64,000 nucleotides of DNA from a virus (Duplodnaviria; Caudoviricetes), in the IMG/VR virus record IMGVR_UViG_3300021255_000042, positions 32,001-96,000 of that record. The stretch is one strand, 5' to 3'. Made by a program: the position numbers and the translations under genes. This document shows, piece after piece, positions 56,201 through 64,000 of the stretch; position 1 is the stretch's first letter; every line of letters starts with the position of its first letter. Under the pieces are notes generated by a model, which worked only from the letters and a program-made list of their open reading frames with translations, did no database searches and was not told the DNA's origin.

Positions 56201-57159
56201 TATTTCTGTACTTTAACTTTATTGGTAAGGAATCCTGAGTGGGCTGACTTCCAAGCCGCAATCTTCGCCTTCATAGCGATAAAATTCGGAAGCTGGGTGA
56301 CAAGGGGTTGCGGGCCCATCATAGTGGTGGTCTGAGCCTGGGAGAGATAGCCTACGATGTCGGAAAGAACATCGGCCAGCTCACCACCCAGGACAGCATC
56401 ATCGGTTCCGCTTGTAGAGCCAAGATGAACGGTGCCGTCTTCGACCTGAACCTTGGAGCCGCCCATCTCAATGATAACCTTGTTATCGTCCAGGGTGATT
56501 TTAGCGTCACCGTGGACGAACTCAATCTTGTCCTTGTTGATTTCGGCGGTACTGTCATCATCACCGGCGGTCACTTTCTTCTTCTCGGTGTCAAGCACCT
56601 CGGTCATCGTATTTTCATCGCCGTCAGTGACCTCAGTGGTTATCTTGTCCTTCTCATAAATAGTCTGGGAATGAACACCGGTTTCCTCCAGCTCGTCAAT
56701 ATCAGGGCCGTCCTCGGAACTGGCATCGAAATCCTCACGTTCCTTGACCTCGATGACAACCTTATCGTGAGAATCAAGCTGGATGAGGTCAACGTGTGAG
56801 AACATCGTGACATACTCAACGCCGGAGGCCGGATCACGAACAATCGTCACGTCAGAATACAACTTAGGGATAATTACATATCCCTTTGTGTTATCCTGGA
56901 TGGCACTCAGATATACGTTCTCGTGAAGTCCGGCATCGGGGTTTTCGGATGCGTCAACAACAGAGCTGACATATTCCTGAACATCGATTGTACCGGCAAA
57001 CTCGCCGTCAAGGTGTATGGCCTTCACATAACCGACTATCTGTCCGACATCATACAATTTGCCGGCCTTATCAGCAATGCCATGTAAGGCGATCCTTTGA
57101 ATCGCCTCACGAATGGTTGCGTTCGAGCCCGCACCGGTATGACCTTTTTGATTGCCCAT
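56200..57159 (-). CDS. Baseplate central spike (gpV/gp45-like)
   Basis: OB-like N-terminus (IIPKLYSDV), beta-strand repeats and AVLGGEL; follows the hub gene. Confidence 0.65.
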   Translation of the reverse strand: MGNQKGHTGAGSNATIREAIQRIALHGIADKAGKLYDVGQIVGYVKAIHLDGEFAGTIDVQEYVSSVVDASENPDAGLHENVYLSAIQDNTKGYVIIPKLYSDVTIVRDPASGVEYVTMFSHVDLIQLDSHDKVVIEVKEREDFDASSEDGPDIDELEETGVHSQTIYEKDKITTEVTDGDENTMTEVLDTEKKKVTAGDDDSTAEINKDKIEFVHGDAKITLDDNKVIIEMGGSKVQVEDGTVHLGSTSGTDDAVLGGELADVLSDIVGYLSQAQTTTMMGPQPLVTQLPNFIAMKAKIAAWKSAHSGFLTNKVKVQK

Positions 57160-58652
57160 TATTCAGTGCCAGAATCCTTATCCTTGTCGCGTGAAATGCA
57201 GTACGGCATCTTCAAGGTCTGCTTGTACCCATCATTCACACCGAACTTGGTAGTTATTTCTTCTATCAAATAATAGCCGTTTTTGGCCGTGAATCGGTTA
57301 TCAAGAAGGTGAATTTCCATACCAGATTTCAGCCCAAGATCACCCATAATTGTCAGGGAACCATCAATGCCATTCGAGTTGTAGGATTCGAAATATTTGA
57401 TAGCATCCTGGAGTAAATCATCGTGGGAGATACCTATACGCGGGGACGCATACGGAATGATATTATATGAGGACAGGTCAACCTTCTGGTTGGATTTGCC
57501 AAGTACGGTGGCACCGGCCTTCAAAGCCTTCTTGGAAAGGGTCGTCTCATTAAGAACCTGGTATTTATCATTACCATCGTTCTTCTCCCAGTCATAATCT
57601 GGATTCAAACGTATGGTGATATGATATTGCTTCCCCTTCCCTTCAATGGTGTCCCAGGACGTTGCTTCTACGGCCAAGAAATTCTTGTCCGTATTCATCG
57701 TGGTCAAGCCATTGTTGGTAACGTGGTAATCAAACCTGACTTCCGGTATCTTTGAGGAATCCTGATTGATCTCTGGAATGGAATCACCATTCAGCTTCGA
57801 GAAGTAAGACCACCCAACTGCAAGATACGGCTCGGAGCCATCGCTTTTGATGAAGGAGTATAACCGCGCATTCTTCGCCCAAGTCGTAAGAACATCAGCA
57901 ACCGTAAAATCTTTAGGAATGCTGGTCTTTACTTCGATATTTTTCGACTTCGGATATAACTTCAGACCGGCCTTTTGAAGAAGGTCGTCAGTCAGTATGT
58001 CCGTAATTTTATAATTCTTCACCCTGGTATGAGCAGGGCAATTGATTTTCTTCAGGTAACTGGCAAGGTCTTCACATTCCAGCTCTATAGGATCATCGAT
58101 ACTGCATTTCGTAATGTAGCCATCGAACATAATACAGCTGGAAGAGTTAGATGCCTGCGGACACATCGACTTTTTATAAGTCTCACGAATCGCGGAATCA
58201 TTGAACACAGTCTTCCCTTTTGCGCTCGTCTTGGCAAATTCCGCAATCTCGGATGCACTATATCCATCCATATCGTGCAAATAGCCAAGACGAATCCGAA
58301 TACGCTGGCCAACCTTGAAATCGCTGACACCAGCACGCCTCGTAGTATTCCGCGTAACCATCACCAGGCCGCCATCCTCAATAGACACGCTAACGCCGCT
58401 TGCGACATCTTCTATGTTCGTCTGGGTAACGGTCTCACGGATAACCGTACCGCGAGGGAATTTCACCTTCGCGGTATTAAACAGCTTCTTGTAGGAATCT
58501 ACGATCTCGATTTCCTCCACCTCAGTAAGCATCTTCATCTTCGACACTTCCGTAGGCTCATTAACCAAGCTCTGGCCTTGTTCCTGCTCCCATACTTGAA
58601 TGAGACAGGCAAGTATCACAAAGCCGCGATTTTCTTGAACTATCTCACTCAT
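57159..58652 (-). CDS. Baseplate hub (gpD/gp27-like)
   Basis: IRLGY, FDGYIT, IELECED, GSLTIMG and GYYLIEEITTKFG..GYKQ. Confidence 0.7.
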   Translation of the reverse strand: MSEIVQENRGFVILACLIQVWEQEQGQSLVNEPTEVSKMKMLTEVEEIEIVDSYKKLFNTAKVKFPRGTVIRETVTQTNIEDVASGVSVSIEDGGLVMVTRNTTRRAGVSDFKVGQRIRIRLGYLHDMDGYSASEIAEFAKTSAKGKTVFNDSAIRETYKKSMCPQASNSSSCIMFDGYITKCSIDDPIELECEDLASYLKKINCPAHTRVKNYKITDILTDDLLQKAGLKLYPKSKNIEVKTSIPKDFTVADVLTTWAKNARLYSFIKSDGSEPYLAVGWSYFSKLNGDSIPEINQDSSKIPEVRFDYHVTNNGLTTMNTDKNFLAVEATSWDTIEGKGKQYHITIRLNPDYDWEKNDGNDKYQVLNETTLSKKALKAGATVLGKSNQKVDLSSYNIIPYASPRIGISHDDLLQDAIKYFESYNSNGIDGSLTIMGDLGLKSGMEIHLLDNRFTAKNGYYLIEEITTKFGVNDGYKQTLKMPYCISRDKDKDSGTE

Positions 58653-58653
58653 A

Positions 58654-59784
58654 TTAGATATGGTTGCTTATCCACATTATGCCTTTGTTCCGTTCCTTAC
58701 CATCGGTAAGCTGGGTGGTTTCTGATTTTCCGGTCTCAACCTCTTTCTTCTTCCTTTCCAGGAGAGACTTATACCAACCGGAAAGATCGGTGTTTGCAAG
58801 CGCATCGTTCAGTGCAACAATAGTGTCTGCCGTGATTTGAACGTTGTCGCTCGGCTCAACCGCCACGCAGGTAATGGTGTACGGCTGGATATTCTTGAAG
58901 GTCTGCGATTCAAGCTTGAAATCCTGGATGATGATGTTGTCAACACCGAACTGCTTGAACAGAAGATGATTTACCTGAACCACTCCGTTGTACTGGCAAA
59001 TCTTGATGAGCCGCTTCACATCGTCCTGCGGATAAACGCCTGGAAGGTTGGAATTAATGGCACCGCTTATGGAGAAGCAAATGTCACCACCGGACACCAG
59101 CTCTTTCCTCGTATAATCGCGGCCTTCAACTTTGTTGAGGATCACGTTTTTGGATGTGGTCTGGGAAACCTGCGGGGTAACGTCATAGAAGAAAATCTGC
59201 TTCGATTTGACAGTCCTCTTCGTAGGCCCCTCCATATACGTTATATCCATAGGCTCCTTAACCTTGTAGCTAAGGATAAGGGCTTCAGGAACAAGTCTGC
59301 CGAAAGCGTCAAGAGCGTTCACCTGGTCGTTGCTATCCTCCAGCTTCAAAACACCGAGACCGCTGTCAACCTTCTCACCGGCATCTATGATTATTTGGCT
59401 ATTAGCCGCCTGGTTCTCCAGAATGTTCTTGCGTCTCTCGCGGTCGGCCTTAATTTCAGCCTGCCGCGCCTCGTTCTGGGATTTGATTTCATCGATGGCT
59501 GTCCGAACGTTCTTGTGGCCAAGCCACCTGAAGGCTGCATTCACGTAACCGCTACCAATCTCCAGGGCGACATTTGCATAATGTTCTGCAAGCTGAAAGC
59601 CGATTCGCTTTGCGGTGTGAACAATCACATTCTCGTAGGCACGCTCACTCTTATAGTAAAGCATCCCATCGCGGTTCTGGAACCTCGCATAATATGTGTT
59701 GCTGGAGAGTATGTTCTGCGTTGCAGCACCTACACTCCAGACAACGTGCTCCCAAGGAAGCAATTGACTTACCGGTATAGCCAT
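58654..59784 (-). CDS. Tail tube initiator/baseplate-associated protein
   Basis: KNVI...VEGRDYTRKELVSGGD..FSISG; directly after the tape measure. Confidence 0.55.
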   Translation of the reverse strand: MAIPVSQLLPWEHVVWSVGAATQNILSSNTYYARFQNRDGMLYYKSERAYENVIVHTAKRIGFQLAEHYANVALEIGSGYVNAAFRWLGHKNVRTAIDEIKSQNEARQAEIKADRERRKNILENQAANSQIIIDAGEKVDSGLGVLKLEDSNDQVNALDAFGRLVPEALILSYKVKEPMDITYMEGPTKRTVKSKQIFFYDVTPQVSQTTSKNVILNKVEGRDYTRKELVSGGDICFSISGAINSNLPGVYPQDDVKRLIKICQYNGVVQVNHLLFKQFGVDNIIIQDFKLESQTFKNIQPYTITCVAVEPSDNVQITADTIVALNDALANTDLSGWYKSLLERKKKEVETGKSETTQLTDGKERNKGIMWISNHI

Positions 59785-59785
59785 T

Positions 59786-62700
59786 TTATACTAAGTTGGC
59801 GGCGTTGGCATCGAAGTCTGCCACAACCTCGATAAGTGCCTGGGCCATTTGTTGTTTCAAGTTGTTCACCGTTGCAGCAACATTCGGGTCGCTCATATCA
59901 ACGGACTCTACGTTCATCAGGTTCTCGATCTTGACAATAATCTGCTTCGGCGTTGCAGACTGGGAACGATACTGATTTGTGTAGCCATTATTATTCGTTG
60001 GCGTTGGTGTAGGCGTAGGAGTTGGTGTCGGGGTGGTTCCACCAAGCTGATTCTGAAGTGCTTCAAATTGTCCCTGCGCATTCATTACGCCAAGGCCAGG
60101 TATCTGAAGACCATTGAAGTTAACTCCCTTCCAAGCCTCATCTGCGAAATATCCAGCAAGTAACGGCTTAAGTTTGTCGTTCATCGAATTGTAAACGGCA
60201 AACAATGAACTCATTACACTGTTAGCAATTTCAAGGGCATCTGCGGAATCCTTAAAACCATACTTAGGGTTTGTCGGGTCGAGATAAATGTCATTAACCC
60301 TTTGAAGCCACTCTTGTGTCCCAAAACCCCTTAAGAATTGCATTCCGGGATCGCCAAACACAGAAGGAAGCCACTGTTCAAGAAGTCCTTGGTTAACGGT
60401 TCCCTTCGTCTCATACTCTTCCATAGCATCTGTCAATGCCTGGAAAGGAGCCATCAATTGTTCGGCAATTGGTTGCCAGAACCTCACATATCCAGGGATA
60501 GTTTGAATGTCGTTCCACGACATCTTCTTCAAACTATTGAATTCAGGATAAGCAAGGTCAGGATTAGCCTCAGGTATATATCTTGAACGGGCACCGGCCA
60601 AATATGTCTTTGCCAAAGACGCATTCTGTGCTCCGATTATATTATTTGCCAAGAACTGTTGAAGCGCAACAGCACTCGGATTTTCTACGTCTGCCGCAAG
60701 TCTCGCAAGCGTTACAGAAGCAGCATCGACCTGATCAAGCCTGTGCATCAGGTCAATGCCCTCCCAAGTGGCAGATGCGCGTTCTCTTACTGTATAAGAA
60801 TCGCCGTGTGCTCTATCGGTTACATATTTATCTCTAAAGGATTCGCTATAATTACCAATATTCGCTGCGCCAAGCGTTGAAGCGATTCCGCGCATCAGTT
60901 CCGCACTTCTTCCTTGTTCGAGCCAAGTTTTGAATGTTTCACCGCCTGGAGTTTCAATAAACGGTTTAGAGTTGTCCTGCTCGCCACCCTCTTCACCATT
61001 TTTAGCCCTCCAATATCTACGATACAAATCGATAGACATTAAAAGCTTTTCATTCTGGGTATGGAGCTGGCTATTGACAATTCTCATATTGCCAATCAAA
61101 ACACCATCAACGGTGTTCATATTAAGCTTCTCCAGACCAAGAGAACGGAAAGACGCAGACCATTCACGAGCCGCTTTTGTTGCTTCCCACTCACTCTCAG
61201 CAATTTTATAAAGTGCCAGGCCAACTGCTGTGAAAACACCAAGAACAGCACCACCGGCAACACCAAGAGTGCTCAAAATGGCTGGAAGCTTTGCACCAAG
61301 TGCCATACCGCCAATTGAACCGGCAATACTACCGATCATACTCGCAGTACTTCCTTCTTCTCCAATTTTTGCTCCAAGAACAGCACCACCAACTCCTCCA
61401 AGCATTGTTCCGAGACCACCAACAATAGGTGCTGCCTTAATCCTTGCATACCTACCCCATACAGCCATACTGTGCTTCCGGTGGGCACCAATCATTCCAA
61501 CACCTCCAGCACCACCAACGCCTGTAGAAGCATTAAGCGCATTGTTCGCACGAACAACACCCCACATACTTTGACCAAGGTTATTGAACCGAATGGCAAG
61601 CTGCCCGATTTTAGCCGCACTCGTTCCAATATACCGGCCAAAATTCAGCAATGCGTTAACTGCACGAAGTGGAACCAATACGAGCGATAGGACAAGCTGC
61701 ATTTTCAGCCACAGCTTGATAATCGGCTCAAACATTTTGTACAGTTTAAGCAGAACACCGCTTACATCGAACAATGTTTTGGCCAGATCAGCAATTGTGA
61801 GACTGAATCTCTTAATAAGGTCAATCGTCTCCTGAGATTTGAGGCCAGAAATTACTGAATTAAGAGCATCCCTTATAGGCCCCTCCAAATCCTCAAACGC
61901 CTGCATACCAGCCTCCGTAAATGAAGACGTAAGCTGATACCACAAGCCCTGGATAGTATTCTTCTTGGCCTCTGCAAGCCGAGCAGACATACCCTCAGAC
62001 ATAAAGTTCTCTTCAATGATCTCATTCCACTTATCAACGTGCGCCGCCAACGCAGATGCACCGGAAGCAGCCGTTTTATGGAAGAGCTGACCAAATTGAC
62101 CGAGAGTAAGATTCCTGGCATTAAGTTCCTGGAAGAGTTCAATGAGCGGCCTAATTCTGCCATTCTCATCAGTTCTGGAAATTCCCAGCTGTTCCCACAT
62201 CGCAGCTTGCGCCTTCGTAGGCTTTGCGATGTTGAGAGCCATTGTACGCAGAGTTGTACCGGCCTGAGAACCCTTGATACCGGCATCGCCCAAAATACCG
62301 ATTGCAGCGGTGGCCTCTTCGAACGAGGTTCCATTTCTGGAAAGGAGTGACCCAGCGTACTTGTAGGATTCAGCAATCTCCATCAAAGTCGTATTGGACT
62401 TCGTGAAGGTCATCGTCATAATATCAGCCGCCCGGCGAACCTGGTTCGGAGAAATGCCGAAGCCGGTCATAATGTTGGTCACAACATCGGCAGTCTCTCC
62501 CAGGTCATTATCACCCACAAGGGCAATATCAGCAATAGGACGAATAGACTTGTTGATTGCCTCGATGTCGAAACCAGCCATAGCAAGGAACTTGGAAGCA
62601 TCCGCAACTTCTGGTGCCGTAAATTTCGTCTCGACACCCACATTACGGATGATGCGCTCCATACCCTTGAAGCGGTTCTCGAATGTAAACGGATTCTTGT

Positions 62701-63358
62701 CATGCGCCCCCAAGATATTCTTGGTGGTCTGCATTAGATTGTTGTATTCGGTAGCGTCCTTGATGACGTTGCTGACGAGCGTTCCTATACCGGCGATACC
62801 ATAGGCGATGCCCATACCTTTGACGAAATCAAAGACACCAACGCCACCAGTATCAATGAGAGTTTGACCGAGAGCCTGGTAACGGACGTTTCCTCTTCCA
62901 GTCCGTGCGCCGCGATTTGATATAAGGGCCCGCTTTCCTGCGTTCGTAGCCTTTTGTGCTTTCTGAGTGTTTGCGCCAGCCGCACCGCCACGCCTTCCAC
63001 CTCCAGGAATTACCGCCGTGCCTCCAGTGCTTTTTACAGCAGCGGACGAGCTACCACCAACCACGCCTCCAGCAACAAGGCCGGAAGACTTCATTCTCGT
63101 TTCAAGCTGGGTGAGTTTGCCGAGAAGCCGGTCGATTTTCTTCTCTGCCTGGCTCGTGTTGATCTGGATGACAGGTGCTTTCTTCGACCACGTAGCAAAA
63201 CGCTGGTTTACGGCGTTTATCTGGCTATTAAGTTGATTGAATTGGTTGCGGGCCTGTTGTAAATTCTTAGTAGCCGCTACGAAACTCTCTATGGACGCAA
63301 CGGCTTGCTGGGAAACGACATTTATATCGTAATTTACAACGTAATTATCACCAGGCAT
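59786..63358 (-). CDS. Tail tape measure protein (TP901-type core)
   Basis: TKFTAPEVADA..FLAMAGF and GIKGSQAGTTLR, hydrophobic Gly/Ala segments, PT linker. Confidence 0.92.
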   Translation of the reverse strand: MPGDNYVVNYDINVVSQQAVASIESFVAATKNLQQARNQFNQLNSQINAVNQRFATWSKKAPVIQINTSQAEKKIDRLLGKLTQLETRMKSSGLVAGGVVGGSSSAAVKSTGGTAVIPGGGRRGGAAGANTQKAQKATNAGKRALISNRGARTGRGNVRYQALGQTLIDTGGVGVFDFVKGMGIAYGIAGIGTLVSNVIKDATEYNNLMQTTKNILGAHDKNPFTFENRFKGMERIIRNVGVETKFTAPEVADASKFLAMAGFDIEAINKSIRPIADIALVGDNDLGETADVVTNIMTGFGISPNQVRRAADIMTMTFTKSNTTLMEIAESYKYAGSLLSRNGTSFEEATAAIGILGDAGIKGSQAGTTLRTMALNIAKPTKAQAAMWEQLGISRTDENGRIRPLIELFQELNARNLTLGQFGQLFHKTAASGASALAAHVDKWNEIIEENFMSEGMSARLAEAKKNTIQGLWYQLTSSFTEAGMQAFEDLEGPIRDALNSVISGLKSQETIDLIKRFSLTIADLAKTLFDVSGVLLKLYKMFEPIIKLWLKMQLVLSLVLVPLRAVNALLNFGRYIGTSAAKIGQLAIRFNNLGQSMWGVVRANNALNASTGVGGAGGVGMIGAHRKHSMAVWGRYARIKAAPIVGGLGTMLGGVGGAVLGAKIGEEGSTASMIGSIAGSIGGMALGAKLPAILSTLGVAGGAVLGVFTAVGLALYKIAESEWEATKAAREWSASFRSLGLEKLNMNTVDGVLIGNMRIVNSQLHTQNEKLLMSIDLYRRYWRAKNGEEGGEQDNSKPFIETPGGETFKTWLEQGRSAELMRGIASTLGAANIGNYSESFRDKYVTDRAHGDSYTVRERASATWEGIDLMHRLDQVDAASVTLARLAADVENPSAVALQQFLANNIIGAQNASLAKTYLAGARSRYIPEANPDLAYPEFNSLKKMSWNDIQTIPGYVRFWQPIAEQLMAPFQALTDAMEEYETKGTVNQGLLEQWLPSVFGDPGMQFLRGFGTQEWLQRVNDIYLDPTNPKYGFKDSADALEIANSVMSSLFAVYNSMNDKLKPLLAGYFADEAWKGVNFNGLQIPGLGVMNAQGQFEALQNQLGGTTPTPTPTPTPTPTNNNGYTNQYRSQSATPKQIIVKIENLMNVESVDMSDPNVAATVNNLKQQMAQALIEVVADFDANAANLV

Positions 63359-63376
63359 TATATAATGACTTTTATG

Positions 63377-63407
63377 AAAGAATAGCTCCGATAACTATCT
63401 TTTGGTT
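63377..63407 (-). promoter_or_regulatory. Putative phage late promoter (AACCAA-N16-CTATTCTTT)
   Basis: Same motif and spacer, upstream of the tape measure. Confidence 0.65.
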
Positions 63408-63410
63408 ACG

Positions 63411-63442
63411 GAAAAGCCTCACTACCGTGAGGTAATGAGGCT
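63411..63442 (-). terminator. Intrinsic terminator after tail chaperone genes
   Basis: AGCCTCATTACC-TCAC-GGTAGTGAGGCT followed by TTTC on the - strand. Confidence 0.65.
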
Positions 63443-63653
63443 ATTTCTTGGTCGTTGAGGCTAAAGCTGCGAGAGAGTTTGCCGCCTTTATTTGCACTTG
63501 GTGAGCATCAAACCATGCCGCATCGTTGGCGAAAATGGCGAACTCTTCTTCTGACAGCTCTTCGATTTTTACAGCTGGGAAGTAATGTCTGATGTAAATC
63601 GTGAAGTGACGGAGATAATCATCGTCCGCTACTTTCCAGCTTTCGATAAATTT
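63441..63653 (-). CDS. -1 frameshift extension of tail assembly chaperone (gpGT-like)
   Basis: Slippery A AAT TTA at 63647-63653; the -1 frame is open (FIESWKVADDDYLRHF...ASTTKK*) and has no ATG start of its own. Confidence 0.8.
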   Translation of the reverse strand, partial: KFIESWKVADDDYLRHFTIYIRHYFPAVKIEELSEEEFAIFANDAAWFDAHQVQIKAANSLAALASTTKK

Positions 63654-63994
63654 ACCAGACGACCGTTGCGGGCCTCGATGACCTTGGCGAACTGGTTCAT
63701 GGTGCCGAACAGGAACATATTGTCATCGTTGACAAGTTCGATGTCGCCGTCCACGAAGCAGTCTTTCGCAAGCTGGCGCATTGCGGAAACCTGGTCTTTC
63801 TGGGAGGCCGTGATGTACTTGCTGAACGCGGCGAGAGACGGTTGCTGGAAGTAGCCGACATAGTGCTCCTTCTCATCGACATCAGGAATTCCGTACACGA
63901 GAAGAGGGAAAACAGCCTTCAGTTTCTTGGTCTCTTTCAGTTCAGCGACCTTCTTTTCGATCTCCTTCTGGAGCTCCTTCGGGAGTTCGAGCAT
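63629..63994 (-). CDS. Tail assembly chaperone (gpG-like)
   Basis: About 121 aa, upstream of the tape measure; may start beyond the window edge. Confidence 0.75.
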   Translation of the reverse strand: MLELPKELQKEIEKKVAELKETKKLKAVFPLLVYGIPDVDEKEHYVGYFQQPSLAAFSKYITASQKDQVSAMRQLAKDCFVDGDIELVNDDNMFLFGTMNQFAKVIEARNGRLVNLSKAGK

Positions 63995-64000
63995 TTCGAG

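Noticed and set aside
59995-60040. Repeat-like DNA near the tape measure 3' end
   Set aside because: Encodes an ordinary Pro-Thr linker with varied codons.
1-64000. Stop-codon reassignment, as in some gut phages
   Set aside because: Long genes are intact in the standard code, TAG and TGA end genes normally, and there is no suppressor tRNA (Gln anticodon is TTG).

Overview
This window is part of a large temperate, contractile-tailed (myovirus-like) dsDNA phage. The host is most likely a Bacteroidetes: TTTG-N19-20-TAnnTTTG promoters are present, and the RNase H and integrase are Bacteroides-type. It uses the standard genetic code. Left arm (+ strand, 1-8 kb): small early/accessory genes, RNase H, tRNA-fMet, tRNA-Gln, membrane and lipoprotein genes, then an apparently intact attP and a tyrosine integrase, so this is probably the excised or virion form. 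Nearly everything from 9.9 kb on is on the - strand. In order: head-tail adaptor, terminase large subunit, lysis genes and terminase small subunit; a replication/recombination module (DnaQ-like exonuclease, guanylate kinase, DnaE split in two around a PIF1/RecD helicase, primase, DnaB, ECF-like sigma, RuvC, SbcCD, SSB-like protein); nucleotide metabolism (nrdG, nrdD, thyX); and baseplate/tail genes ending in the tape measure and tail chaperone. A complete diversity-generating retroelement (Avd, TR, RT, VR, hairpin) targets a 2103-aa tail protein. The most unusual observations are: (i) a DnaE split at the active site whose halves carry catalytically dead split-intein (Hint) remnants; (ii) two tandem, sequence-dissimilar but geometrically identical three-way-junction RNAs just before the RNase H gene; (iii) a four-copy bipartite late promoter, RAMCAA-N16-CTATTMTTT, probably read by the phage sigma factor. 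All family assignments come from motif recognition by eye; no database searches were run.
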